Part shown: positions 1-7,361 of the stretch, one piece after another
Layout of the letters: each line of letters begins with the position of its first letter
Position numbering within the stretch: the stretch's first letter is position 1
IMG/VR virus record: IMGVR_UViG_3300045988_158846
Coordinates: 1-49,604 of that record
Length of the DNA stretch: 49,604 nt
DNA from: a virus
Direction: 5' to 3' (one strand)
The notes under the pieces: model-generated
Databases searched by the model: none
Told to the model about the DNA's origin: nothing
The model's input: only the letters and a program-made list of their open reading frames with translations
Position numbers and translations under genes: made by a program

Positions 1-72
1 TATCAAATTTTTTTTAATTTGTCAAGCCGGTTGGGAATTTTTTTTATAATTTTTTTCCCAACCGGCGTGGGC

Positions 73-387
73 TTATTTCATTATCTGTGAAAATTCTTCT
101 GTGTGTCCGCAACTATCGCAAGTATAGTAATAGTCTTTTGAACCGCGATAATTTGTAGCACTTGAAAATTGATACTGACCACCGCATTCACAATATCCAT
201 TATTCCAGCGGTCATGATTGCTTTCTTGTTCTTTGTACAATAGAGTTGCAACGCCAAAACCAATAGCAATCGCAATCAGAACAGCAACAACTCTGCCGTG
301 CAAAGTTTCAGGTGCAACAATGGCAATCATCAGAGGAAGAATGGTCAAAACTAACCAAGCAAAATAAAATCCAGGATTTGTAAGCAT
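73..387 (-). CDS. small membrane protein with C-terminal CxC..CxxC zinc-ribbon-like motif (104 aa)
   Basis: ORF track; two hydrophobic helices in the N-terminal half; C-terminal half has CEC...CDSC Cys pairs; TAA stop. Confidence 0.5.
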   Translation of the reverse strand: MLTNPGFYFAWLVLTILPLMIAIVAPETLHGRVVAVLIAIAIGFGVATLLYKEQESNHDRWNNGYCECGGQYQFSSATNYRGSKDYYYTCDSCGHTEEFSQIMK

Positions 388-399
388 TTTATATTCTCC

Positions 400-717
400 T
401 TACAGCCAAATAGTTCCCTGACCACCAGCAGGCGGATTCAGGTTATCGCAGATAATTTCTGCTTCGCCCTCTCCATCTTTGTCTTCGTATTCAACATGGA
501 ATGTCAAATCTCCAACATTATCCAGATAATCCTGAATAGCGGCGATAATTGCGGCCATGTATTTTGCTTCTTTCTCTTGGTCTAACTGGTTAATTCTTTT
601 CTGTGCTAATGCAATCAGGGTCTGCAATTCTTCGGGCTTCTTCTTGTTTATGTAGTTGTGCAAGTCCTGCAAATTCATTGCTTCGACGATAGCGGCGTCC
701 ATAATCATTTTTATCAA
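400..717 (-). CDS. hypothetical acidic protein (105 aa)
   Basis: ORF track; preceded on the minus strand by an extended -10 promoter (TGTATAAT) and RBS AAGGAA; TAA stop. Confidence 0.5.
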   Translation of the reverse strand: MIKMIMDAAIVEAMNLQDLHNYINKKKPEELQTLIALAQKRINQLDQEKEAKYMAAIIAAIQDYLDNVGDLTFHVEYEDKDGEGEAEIICDNLNPPAGGQGTIWL

Positions 718-740
718 TTCCTTTCTTAATTTGTATCTTA

Positions 741-769
741 ATTATACACGATTTCAGGATTTTTGTCTA
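741..769 (-). promoter_or_regulatory. sigma70-like promoter (-35 TAGACA, 17-bp spacer, extended -10 TGTATAAT) for gene 400..717
   Basis: minus-strand reading 'tagacaaaaatcctgaaatcgtgtataat' immediately upstream of RBS and ATG. Confidence 0.45.
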
Positions 770-814
770 TTGGCAGAATAACCAAATTTGTGAATAAAAA
801 ATTGTGCAATGTGC

Positions 815-856
815 TAAAAATCTAAAAATCCTCGCGGCTGGACGTGGCCGCGAGGC
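815..856 (-). terminator. rho-independent terminator (GC hairpin cctcgcggc/gccgcgagg plus U-tract on minus strand)
   Basis: perfect 9-bp GC stem at 829..855 followed on the minus strand by TTTTTAGATTTTT; member of a repeated terminator family (also 2079..2121 and 4395..4421). Confidence 0.6.
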
Positions 857-892
857 TCAAAAAAATTAAGGGGAATTTTCCCCTTAATTATC

Positions 893-1062
893 ATCTGTAT
901 AATCATCAGGCTCGCAATCGCCCCACATGCTGTAGAAATCATCGCAATCATTCATCGGGTCTTCCAGAGTGCAAACGCAGGTTTCTTTCTGGCCATTGAT
1001 TGTGGTTTCATTTTTGAAGTAGGGGCAATCCCAACCATTTACTGGACAGTGGAAATGTTTCA
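893..1062 (-). CDS. Cys-rich mini-protein (56 aa; CP..C...CVC..C)
   Basis: own reading of the minus strand (MKHFHCPVNGWDCPYFKNETTINGQKETCVCTLEDPMNDCDDFYSMWGDCEPDDYTDDN); RBS AAAGGAAAGGA 8 nt upstream; below ORF-track size cutoff. Confidence 0.4.
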
Positions 1063-1092
1063 TGGTATCAATTCCTTTCCTTTGATAAACCT

Positions 1093-1121
1093 ATTGTATC
1101 ATAATAGGGCTTGTTTGTCAA
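1093..1121 (-). promoter_or_regulatory. consensus promoter TTGACA-17-TACAAT for gene 893..1062; -35 box sits inside the 11-bp palindrome 1103..1129
   Basis: minus strand reads 'ttgacaaacaagccctattatgatacaat'; perfect 17-bp spacer. Confidence 0.55.
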
Positions 1122-1130
1122 GCCCTATTT

Positions 1131-1352
1131 TTATTTTTGCCACAAAATCTTGAAGAGGGAGCTCAGAGCCATACGCATAGCAAAGATTTCCATGTATCCA
1201 AACTGCGGCAGGTTGAAATGCCATGCAAAGATATTCCAGCCCCACCAGATGAATGCGGCAGAGGCAAACCAGCCTGCGATTGCTACAATGACAGCACCAA
1301 TAATTGTACTTGCACTCTGGCCCTCAAACTTTTTGAAATCCATTTTTATCAA
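1131..1352 (-). CDS. small membrane protein (73 aa, two predicted TM helices, Trp-rich)
   Basis: ORF track; hydrophobic stretches IIGAVIVAIAGWFASAAFIWWGW; TAA stop. Confidence 0.45.
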   Translation of the reverse strand: MIKMDFKKFEGQSASTIIGAVIVAIAGWFASAAFIWWGWNIFAWHFNLPQFGYMEIFAMRMALSSLFKILWQK

Positions 1353-1389
1353 TTCCTTTCCTTATTATGGTAGGCTATTAAACCTACCA

Positions 1390-1803
1390 TTATTTAACCA
1401 TCGGGCAAACAGTCATTCCATTGTCTTTCATCCAGCAAATGAAATCTTCTGCGGGGAGTTCTTCGGATAATCTCTTGAAACTTAAATCAAAATCCAGCGG
1501 CTTATAAACTGTTTCGCGGAAAATTGGATAGCTGATTTTTTCCGGCTTGTAATCTTCGCCTTTCCAGTATTTCATGTTTTCAATGTGGATTTTCTTGATT
1601 CTTCTGTCAAAAACGCCACGCTTGATTGAACCATTGATGTATCTACTGACGATTTTAACCGCAAGGTCTGTTGTATCTTTGACTTCTTCTCTTGTATCTC
1701 TTGGAGTTTCAGGACAATAAACAAGTTGCGTACTCCAATTCAGAATAGGCTCTTGGCCGTCGTTCATGTTCATGTAAATGCGTTTCCAGTACAGATTTTT
1801 CAT
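1390..1803 (-). CDS. hypothetical protein (137 aa)
   Basis: ORF track; start overlaps the stop of upstream mini-gene (ATGA overlap); TAA stop. Confidence 0.5.
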   Translation of the reverse strand: MKNLYWKRIYMNMNDGQEPILNWSTQLVYCPETPRDTREEVKDTTDLAVKIVSRYINGSIKRGVFDRRIKKIHIENMKYWKGEDYKPEKISYPIFRETVYKPLDFDLSFKRLSEELPAEDFICWMKDNGMTVCPMVK

Positions 1804-1973
1804 TTTTCATTCTCCTTTAACCAATCAATAATCTTTTCACCACATTCGATGCAGTCAATGCCATAGATATCTTCATCATCTCGACACTTGAACATCAGAG
1901 GACAACAAGCACAATCATCAAAAGTCTCGACCCATTGCTCAATGCAGTATTTCAGTTTTTCGTCAGTGTTCAT
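1800..1973 (-). CDS. Cys-rich mini-protein (57 aa; CACC...C..C..C)
   Basis: own reading (MNTDEKLKYCIEQWVETFDDCACCPLMFKCRDDEDIYGIDCIECGEKIIDWLKENEK); RBS AAGGGAGG; translationally coupled to 1390..1803. Confidence 0.4.
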   Translation of the reverse strand: MNTDEKLKYCIEQWVETFDDCACCPLMFKCRDDEDIYGIDCIECGEKIIDWLKENEK

Positions 1974-2004
1974 TAGGTGTTTCCTCCCTTAACCTTGTAC
2001 CAAT

Positions 2005-2033
2005 AGTATAACAGGTATCGGGAAAATTGTCAA
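2005..2033 (-). promoter_or_regulatory. consensus promoter TTGACA-17-TATACT
   Basis: minus strand 'ttgacaattttcccgatacctgttatact' directly upstream of RBS AAGGGAGG and ATG at 1973. Confidence 0.6.
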
Positions 2034-2078
2034 CTGTCATTTTGCACAAAATTTGCGGGTAAAAATTGTGAAAAGTGC

Positions 2079-2121
2079 TGAAAATCTAAAATGCCTGCCG
2101 CGGCGTGGGATCGCGGCAGGC
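2079..2121 (-). terminator. rho-independent terminator; hairpin gcctgccgcggcgtgggatcgcggcaggc plus U-tract
   Basis: 29-nt hairpin with GC stem, followed on the minus strand by ATTTTAGATTTT; core 'ccgcggcgtgggatcgcgg' is repeated at 4395..4421. Confidence 0.65.
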
Positions 2122-2194
2122 TCAAATCAATTTTCCATTTAATTCCAATAGACAAGTAAGAAAATGGGAACCCAAATCTGGATTCCCAAATTTT

Positions 2195-2458
2195 TCAATA
2201 TTCCTGCAAATCTTCCATAATAAGGCCGCCGTTAATGGTATCAATACTATGGAGTTTATGGCCACTTTCTCCAATTCCTTCCAGGGCCTTACAAACATCA
2301 TTGTAAAAATCATCCGAATTTTCATCAAAATAATCATACAAATGATCGCTCAGTACTTCTCCCCAAGGAATATCGCCATAATCTTCCATTGGCTTCCACT
2401 TGTCATCAATTTCCACTTCTACGGGAACGATTTTTTCAACATAGGCTACAACTTTCAT
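2195..2458 (-). CDS. hypothetical acidic protein (87 aa)
   Basis: ORF track; TGA stop; sits between terminator 2079..2121 and upstream genes. Confidence 0.5.
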   Translation of the reverse strand: MKVVAYVEKIVPVEVEIDDKWKPMEDYGDIPWGEVLSDHLYDYFDENSDDFYNDVCKALEGIGESGHKLHSIDTINGGLIMEDLQEY

Positions 2459-2537
2459 TTTTTACCAATCCTTTCAGCCCAAGGCAATCAAAATTTTAAT
2501 GTCCGTTGCTTCTTCCAGCAAAATGTCAAGCTGTTCG

Positions 2538-2732
2538 TCATTCATTTGATTCTTCTCCCCAAGTGATAATTTTTGTGTAGGTCTTTACTCCGAACATGAG
2601 TCTTTTCATGTCCAAAATAAATGAATCGGCATCACGTTCTGTGCGGAAATCTAATTCATTGCTATAATACACTTTTTTTTCATCATAGCCTGAATATTTG
2701 ACAGTAATTTTTTTAGGAATCATCATCTTCAT
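2538..2732 (-). CDS. hypothetical protein (about 64 aa; start at internal Met MKMMIPKK)
   Basis: ORF track ORF trimmed to a Met whose ATG overlaps the 3' end of the upstream gene 2713..2931; TGA stop. Confidence 0.35.
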   Translation of the reverse strand: MKMMIPKKITVKYSGYDEKKVYYSNELDFRTERDADSFILDMKRLMFGVKTYTKIITWGEESNE

Positions 2733-2931
2733 CGTCTCCCCAAATGGCAACAGCCAAAGTATAACAGTCATACCGCAAATCAGATTGAATCTTAAACAGT
2801 TTATCACTTAATTCTTGTGCTTGTGTAAAATCATAAGGGTCTGAGATATTTTTCTTTGCACGGTAAACTTTTCCAGATAATTTTTCAATCTGATTTGCCA
2901 AGTCGGTAAGCTCTTTGAGAATCTCTTTCAT
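2713..2931 (-). CDS. hypothetical protein (72 aa, acidic C-terminus DDEDDDS)
   Basis: ORF track; TAA stop. Confidence 0.45.
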   Translation of the reverse strand: MKEILKELTDLANQIEKLSGKVYRAKKNISDPYDFTQAQELSDKLFKIQSDLRYDCYTLAVAIWGDDEDDDS

Positions 2932-2934
2932 AAT

Positions 2935-3108
2935 TTATTTCTCCCTTACCCAAGAAATAGTTTTTGTAATTCGGTTGACATCTGTTCTATTTTTGATTTT
3001 GTTAATAAAACGGTCTGCTTCTTCCTCTGTATCAAAAATCAATTCTTCAAAATAATTTACGTTCCAGAAATTTACACCAGCGTAATAAACTGTAATTTTC
3101 ATTTCCAT
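2935..3108 (-). CDS. hypothetical mini-protein (57 aa)
   Basis: own reading (MEMKITVYYAGVNFWNVNYFEELIFDTEEEADRFINKIKNRTDVNRITKTISWVREK); fills the gap between neighbouring genes; TAA stop. Confidence 0.35.
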   Translation of the reverse strand: MEMKITVYYAGVNFWNVNYFEELIFDTEEEADRFINKIKNRTDVNRITKTISWVREK

Positions 3109-3135
3109 TTTTATTTCCCCTTATTTGGATGGGCT

Positions 3136-3609
3136 TTATTCAAGCCCATCCAAAATTTCTTTCAGCACATCAAGGATATTTGTGGTCGTGGGGTCAATCG
3201 CCCCGCCCAAGTTCCAATCCCGACGCACTCTTGCATCATCATCAAAAATCAGGGCTTCTTCATCTGCGGCAAGTCGTGCGGCTTCAATCTTATGCTTCGG
3301 CGTTCCATAAGCTACACATCTTAGAGTATCAAATGGAAAACCATATTCTTTCAGCCAAGCCCGTTTTGCTTTTCTGACTTCATCATCATACTGCTTGTTC
3401 GGCTCTTTAGACAGCCAAGTGATAACTGCAACATTGACGCCGCAATTCTGCAAGCTACGGAGCAGACAGGCAAGTTCTGCCATATCAACCAGCGGTTCGG
3501 CGGTCTGATAGGGTGTAGGGTCATAGGCTCGAATTTTGTCAAGCCAATCTTCAACCCCATAGAGGTCAACCAGAGTTCCATCAAGATCGAAGCACAATTC
3601 CTTAATCAT
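3136..3609 (-). CDS. HAD-superfamily phosphatase (5'(3')-nucleotidase-like), 157 aa
   Basis: N-terminal motif I FDLDGTLVD (DxDGT) typical of haloacid dehalogenase-like hydrolases; size and context as in phage nucleotidases; TAA stop inside hairpin 3127..3151. Confidence 0.7.
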   Translation of the reverse strand: MIKELCFDLDGTLVDLYGVEDWLDKIRAYDPTPYQTAEPLVDMAELACLLRSLQNCGVNVAVITWLSKEPNKQYDDEVRKAKRAWLKEYGFPFDTLRCVAYGTPKHKIEAARLAADEEALIFDDDARVRRDWNLGGAIDPTTTNILDVLKEILDGLE

Positions 3610-3642
3610 TTTATCATTTCCTTTCTCTTTTGGAGTATCTTT

Positions 3643-3671
3643 ATTATAACAGGTTCAACCAGATTTGTCAA
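3643..3671 (-). promoter_or_regulatory. consensus promoter TTGACA-17-TATAAT for the HAD phosphatase gene
   Basis: minus strand 'ttgacaaatctggttgaacctgttataat', then RBS AGAGAAAGGAAA and ATG at 3609. Confidence 0.6.
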
Positions 3672-3832
3672 GTGTTTTCTTCAAATTCTTTTTGATTTCT
3701 TTTAAGCAATTCTTCAAGAATTGCTTTCCGAATATCTCTACCGTATTTACTTATATAAGGGGCGTCAAATGTATCAAATGATAACCGCAACATATCAATC
3801 AATTCAGCCGTAGTAGCTTTTTTAATTTCCAT
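3668..3832 (-). CDS. hypothetical mini-protein (about 54 aa from Met MEIKK; longer alternative start at 3877 overlaps upstream gene)
   Basis: ORF track ORF 3668..3877; TGA stop. Confidence 0.3.
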   Translation of the reverse strand: MEIKKATTAELIDMLRLSFDTFDAPYISKYGRDIRKAILEELLKRNQKEFEENT

Positions 3833-3833
3833 T

Positions 3834-4218
3834 TTACACCAGCTTGATATTTTTATAGTTTTTAATGACGCAGGCACTTGCGAATGGCATAATTGACATA
3901 TCTTTTACACCATTATTTACACTGATTTGGATATTTTTTCCATGGGCATAAGCATATCCAATTTCCCAAGCAGTCCCAGAATCAGAATACAGACCATCAT
4001 ATACAACAAACAAGATATCGCATTCTTGAATTGCGGCAACATCCATTTTGAAAACTTCTCTTGCCCAATCCTCTTGCGACATATCCCAAGCGTTCGGGAC
4101 TGTGTGTTCTTGCGGAACATATACATCATGCCCAAGCCGCCGGAAATCAGCCGCATATGAATCAATTCTTGATTTAGTTTCGGGACGGAAAAATGCACCC
4201 GCCATGTAAATTTTCATT
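3834..4218 (-). CDS. nucleoside 2-deoxyribosyltransferase-like protein (127 aa from MKIYMAG)
   Basis: N-terminal MKIYMAGAFF and SDSGTAWEIGYAYAHGK match the hallmark motifs of the nucleoside 2-deoxyribosyltransferase / Rcl family (catalytic Glu in the WEIGY context); RBS AAGGAAA; ORF-track start at 4313 judged too long. Confidence 0.6.
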
Positions 4219-4247
4219 TTTATCATTTCCTTTCCTTTTGTACCCTT

Positions 4248-4276
4248 ATTATAGCACAGGGTAAGCCAAATGTCAA
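4248..4276 (-). promoter_or_regulatory. consensus promoter TTGACA-17-TATAAT for the NDT-like gene
   Basis: minus strand 'ttgacatttggcttaccctgtgctataat'. Confidence 0.6.
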
Positions 4277-4394
4277 GACATAAAATGGAAAATGCTTTCG
4301 TCAAATTGCACAAACATTTTGGGAAAAATTTCCAAGGGTTGGGCTGGAAGGATTTGGAAAACTTTTTTACGTTAGCACTTTAATTTGCGAAATT

Positions 4395-4421
4395 CCGGCC
4401 GCGGCGTGGGATCGCGGCCGG
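4395..4421 (-). terminator. GC hairpin ccggccgcggcgtgggatcgcggccgg (terminator-family repeat; weak U-tract)
   Basis: shares the 19-nt core ccgcggcgtgggatcgcgg with hairpin 2093..2121; flanking conserved motif 'gtgct/tagcac' as at 815 and 2079. Confidence 0.45.
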
Positions 4422-4606
4422 CTCAAATGAATTCCCAAATTATGGGATTGCCAAAATTTTCCGCATTTGATTTTTCAACTGGAAAATTATAGAATTAAAA
4501 CAGAAATAAAAAATTATTTTTTTTATATAAAAAATTATATTATTTTTTTCTATAATTTTCAAATAAGAATTTCCTCCCAAAATATGGGAGGAAACTCAAA
4601 TTGTTT

Positions 4607-4816
4607 TTAGAATTTATAATGCGGAATTTCGGAAGAATCAAGAACTCTTGCTACAGGTTCATCATTTTCGACTAACATATAGTCTTTCCCGCAATGCTTC
4701 TGAATATGGGATTCAGCTTCTGAGCGGCACGAAGCCTCCACAAAAAACAGACGCGGCCAGTCTTTCGTAGGGAGGAAGTTAATTACCAGATACTTCCATG
4801 TTTTATATCCTTCCAT
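4607..4816 (-). CDS. hypothetical protein (69 aa)
   Basis: ORF track; TAA stop, followed by hairpin ttcctccca/tgggaggaa (4571..4595). Confidence 0.45.
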   Translation of the reverse strand: MEGYKTWKYLVINFLPTKDWPRLFFVEASCRSEAESHIQKHCGKDYMLVENDEPVARVLDSSEIPHYKF

Positions 4817-4819
4817 TTT

Positions 4820-5056
4820 TTACCACTCCTTAATATTTAATGTAGCTTCTACGGCATAGACTTTTGCATCATCGGGGAAACAGTCAAATTCTCCGGTAGC
4901 CAAATCAATCGCATTGATTTCATCACCTTCATTGTCAATACATTCTGTTTTCATATGAATTGTGTCTGTTCTTGGGTCGCGGAAAACAGTTCCAACTTCC
5001 AAGGAAGCGAAATGTCTAAATTCTTTTTTCTGTGCAAATTCAATTTTCATTTTCAT
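4820..5056 (-). CDS. hypothetical protein (78 aa)
   Basis: ORF track; RBS AGAAAGGAAAAATG; TAA stop. Confidence 0.45.
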   Translation of the reverse strand: MKMKIEFAQKKEFRHFASLEVGTVFRDPRTDTIHMKTECIDNEGDEINAIDLATGEFDCFPDDAKVYAVEATLNIKEW

Positions 5057-5065
5057 TTTTCCTTT

Positions 5066-5434
5066 CTATCTTTTAACTAATTTTTTTGCCATGTTCTTCT
5101 GAATTGCTTCATATACCACTTTCGGCATTTGCATTTGCCCATTATGTCTGAAAATGGCTGTTGCTTTGTTCATGTTGACATAATACAATGTGATTAGAAA
5201 TTCCATTCGGCTATCTGTAATCAAAATCACACCTGTGTTTGTAATAATCTGCCATTTGTCTTCATATCTGAATTTTGCTACAGGTTCGCCGATTCCTGTA
5301 TTCATTTGAATTTCAACATATCTGTCTAAGCGGTCATCCTTGATATGCTGACTAACTTGCAATTTTGTGATATCCATTTCTAATTTCCTCCTTTTGGAAG
5401 AGGGCTTTTCAGCCCTCATTCCTATCATCTTCAA
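5066..5434 (-). CDS. hypothetical protein (122 aa); apparent stop codon is TAG
   Basis: ORF track; stop = reverse complement of 5066..5068 (cta) = TAG; the TAG is in frame with the ATG of the downstream gene 4820..5056. Confidence 0.5.
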   Translation of the reverse strand: MKMIGMRAEKPSSKRRKLEMDITKLQVSQHIKDDRLDRYVEIQMNTGIGEPVAKFRYEDKWQIITNTGVILITDSRMEFLITLYYVNMNKATAIFRHNGQMQMPKVVYEAIQKNMAKKLVKR

Positions 5435-5609
5435 TGTAGCGATTCAGAAATTCTTCGCAGGTTTCCGCGGTTTCATCCATATGACAAGCGGAATAGAACG
5501 GGCAGGTGGCACAGTCGCTATGACCTGTAATAAGGTTGATAAGCATTTCCTTATCGAGAATTTCATTTGCAAAAGTAGACATTTTCATTTTCATTTCCCC
5601 CTTAATCAA
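5409..5609 (-). CDS. Cys-rich mini-protein (66 aa; C.TC....C, C)
   Basis: ORF track; TGA stop overlapping the start of 5066..5434. Confidence 0.4.
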   Translation of the reverse strand: MIKGEMKMKMSTFANEILDKEMLINLITGHSDCATCPFYSACHMDETAETCEEFLNRYIEDDRNEG

Positions 5610-5742
5610 TATAAGTAGACATTAGACAAACCCATTCGCGGCTCTCATACTTCGGGCTTCTCTCCCTAGCGTCTGCTAGGGAGTAGCCATATGCAGTCTC
5701 AGTTTCGCCCGTGTTGACGTTGTACATCTCAAATTCAAACAT
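5602..5742 (-). CDS. hypothetical mini-protein (46 aa from MFEFEMYN)
   Basis: strong RBS GAGGAGGA 6 nt upstream of this internal Met; the 5' extension of the ORF-track ORF overlaps the neighbouring gene out of frame. Confidence 0.35.
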   Translation of the reverse strand: MFEFEMYNVNTGETETAYGYSLADARERSPKYESREWVCLMSTYID

Positions 5743-5746
5743 GATG

Positions 5747-5923
5747 TTAGTCCTCCTCGATGCAACCGCAGACTGTGTACCACAGACCCATATACTCGTC
5801 ATAGTTGCGGGCATATGTGTTGCAGAAATCATTGATAGATTCCGTACTGAAATCATGGTCATTATCAATCCATTCGTTCAGCAGTTCAGCGATTCTTTCA
5901 GTAGTCATTTTTTGTATCTCCAT
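5747..5923 (-). CDS. hypothetical mini-protein (58 aa, ends CGCIEED)
   Basis: own reading (MEIQKMTTERIAELLNEWIDNDHDFSTESINDFCNTYARNYDEYMGLWYTVCGCIEED); downstream of promoter 5957..5985. Confidence 0.35.
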   Translation of the reverse strand: MEIQKMTTERIAELLNEWIDNDHDFSTESINDFCNTYARNYDEYMGLWYTVCGCIEED

Positions 5924-5956
5924 TTCATTTTTTATTCGTTCCCTTGGAACAATTAT

Positions 5957-5985
5957 ATATTAGCACACCCTATAGCAAATGTCAA
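5957..5985 (-). promoter_or_regulatory. consensus promoter TTGACA-17-TAATAT
   Basis: minus strand 'ttgacatttgctatagggtgtgctaatat'. Confidence 0.55.
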
Positions 5986-6150
5986 TAGGAAAGTCAAATT
6001 TTTTTATTCGTCAATATGCACAAAGATTCTGGAAATAAATGGTATGGAATTATATGTCATAAGCTGGTAGGATATGGGAAATGGAACATAATGTCAGATA
6101 TGGTAAAATTTGACTGGAAATATTCGGAATTGGTATTAAATGGAAAATGC

Positions 6151-6196
6151 GGGGCGCGGCGAGCCTGCTGTGGATATAGCAATTTCGCCGCGCCCC
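6151..6196 (-). terminator. GC hairpin (12-bp stem ggggcgcggcga/tcgccgcgcccc, 22-nt loop); probable terminator of gene 6299..6619
   Basis: perfect 12-bp GC stem; located 100 bp downstream of the minus-strand gene end. Confidence 0.4.
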
Positions 6197-6298
6197 GGTC
6201 AGGCACTTCATTTGATTAAAGTGCTAATGATGTAAAGAAGATGATTTGAAAAATGGACTGGAAACTGTTTCCAATTTCCAGCCCTTGGGATTTCAGGA

Positions 6299-6619
6299 TT
6301 AGACCGCCTGGTGTGCCAGATTATTCCAATCGTAAATGATGCCCTGAAGATGCTCACTTGCAACTTCTCTTGCTTGCCGCCGCGTATAGGTATGTTCGGT
6401 CAGGCTGACATAATACTTTCCATCTTTGAAACGAATCTGGCAGCTCTTTCCAAAATTTCGAGTCAAATGCTTCATCCATTCAACTGCTTTTTCTGGAGTG
6501 TCAAGGATAACTGTGGCGGTATTCACTTGAAAACCGCCCTTGTACTTTTTGATATTGCCGTTCTTAAGGTTCAGGGTATCGCCATCCTGCATTTTCCGAA
6601 TAGTTCTCACGTTAATCAT
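6299..6619 (-). CDS. hypothetical protein, paralog A of a tandem duplicate pair (106 aa)
   Basis: ORF track; N-terminus MINVRTIRKMQDGDTLNLKNGNIKKYKGGFQV aligns with MINIRTIKKLADGDGLTLKNGKIKRYKSGYQV of 6642..6953. Confidence 0.55.
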   Translation of the reverse strand: MINVRTIRKMQDGDTLNLKNGNIKKYKGGFQVNTATVILDTPEKAVEWMKHLTRNFGKSCQIRFKDGKYYVSLTEHTYTRRQAREVASEHLQGIIYDWNNLAHQAV

Positions 6620-6641
6620 TTTTTATTTCTCCTCTCAAATA

Positions 6642-6953
6642 TTAAATATAAAGGCAGGCAGGATTTCCACGCCATCTGTAAATTGAAAGCTGGTTACATT
6701 TCTTGCCAATTTCAACTGCCTCGCGTTTAGTGGAAACTCGTTTGGAAATGTCAATGTAATATCTGCCATTCTCAACCCAAACGCCGCATGTGCCCTTAAA
6801 CTCTCGAACCGCCTGTATTGCCATTTCAGGGCTTATGACTTCAACTCCATTAGTGGCCACCTGGTAGCCACTCTTGTACCTCTTGATTTTTCCATTCTTA
6901 AGGGTCAGACCATCGCCGTCAGCCAGCTTTTTGATTGTGCGAATGTTAATCAT
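6642..6953 (-). CDS. hypothetical protein, paralog B of the tandem duplicate pair (103 aa)
   Basis: ORF track; clear similarity to 6299..6619 over the first ~60 residues. Confidence 0.55.
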   Translation of the reverse strand: MINIRTIKKLADGDGLTLKNGKIKRYKSGYQVATNGVEVISPEMAIQAVREFKGTCGVWVENGRYYIDISKRVSTKREAVEIGKKCNQLSIYRWRGNPACLYI

Positions 6954-6968
6954 ATAAGATTCTCCTTT

Positions 6969-7139
6969 TCAAATTTCACTTGTAAGAACAGCACACATTT
7001 CACCGTTCATATGCTTATAGACATTGTACTCGATGCCCTTAAAGGAATCAGTATAGAGATAATTCCAATAGATACCATATACATAAGAGAATGGCTTTAC
7101 TGGCAAGATGCCATCCAACAGGGTCTTGATGGTTTCCAT
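6969..7139 (-). CDS. hypothetical mini-protein (56 aa)
   Basis: own reading (METIKTLLDGILPVKPFSYVYGIYWNYLYTDSFKGIEYNVYKHMNGEMCAVLTSEI); start 1 nt after the stop of the upstream gene. Confidence 0.35.
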   Translation of the reverse strand: METIKTLLDGILPVKPFSYVYGIYWNYLYTDSFKGIEYNVYKHMNGEMCAVLTSEI

Positions 7140-7140
7140 T

Positions 7141-7293
7141 TTAATCCTCCATCATCACGAAGAAATTCCAGCTACTGTATTCAGGTCTGCCGCCAGCAGG
7201 GTTATTATGGCGGACCACCTGACAAAATGAAACAGAAATCCAGAGCATAATGATAATGCCGGACAGAGTTAACGCAAGTTTGAGATTTTTCAT
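7141..7293 (-). CDS. small membrane mini-protein (50 aa)
   Basis: own reading (MKNLKLALTLSGIIIMLWISVSFCQVVRHNNPAGGRPEYSSWNFFVMMED); N-terminal hydrophobic helix. Confidence 0.35.
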   Translation of the reverse strand: MKNLKLALTLSGIIIMLWISVSFCQVVRHNNPAGGRPEYSSWNFFVMMED

Positions 7294-7361
7294 TTTGAAA
7301 TTTTCCTTTCGACTTTTGGATTCATGTGCTCGGTTGAATTGTCAGAGAGCGGTAGAGGGAC

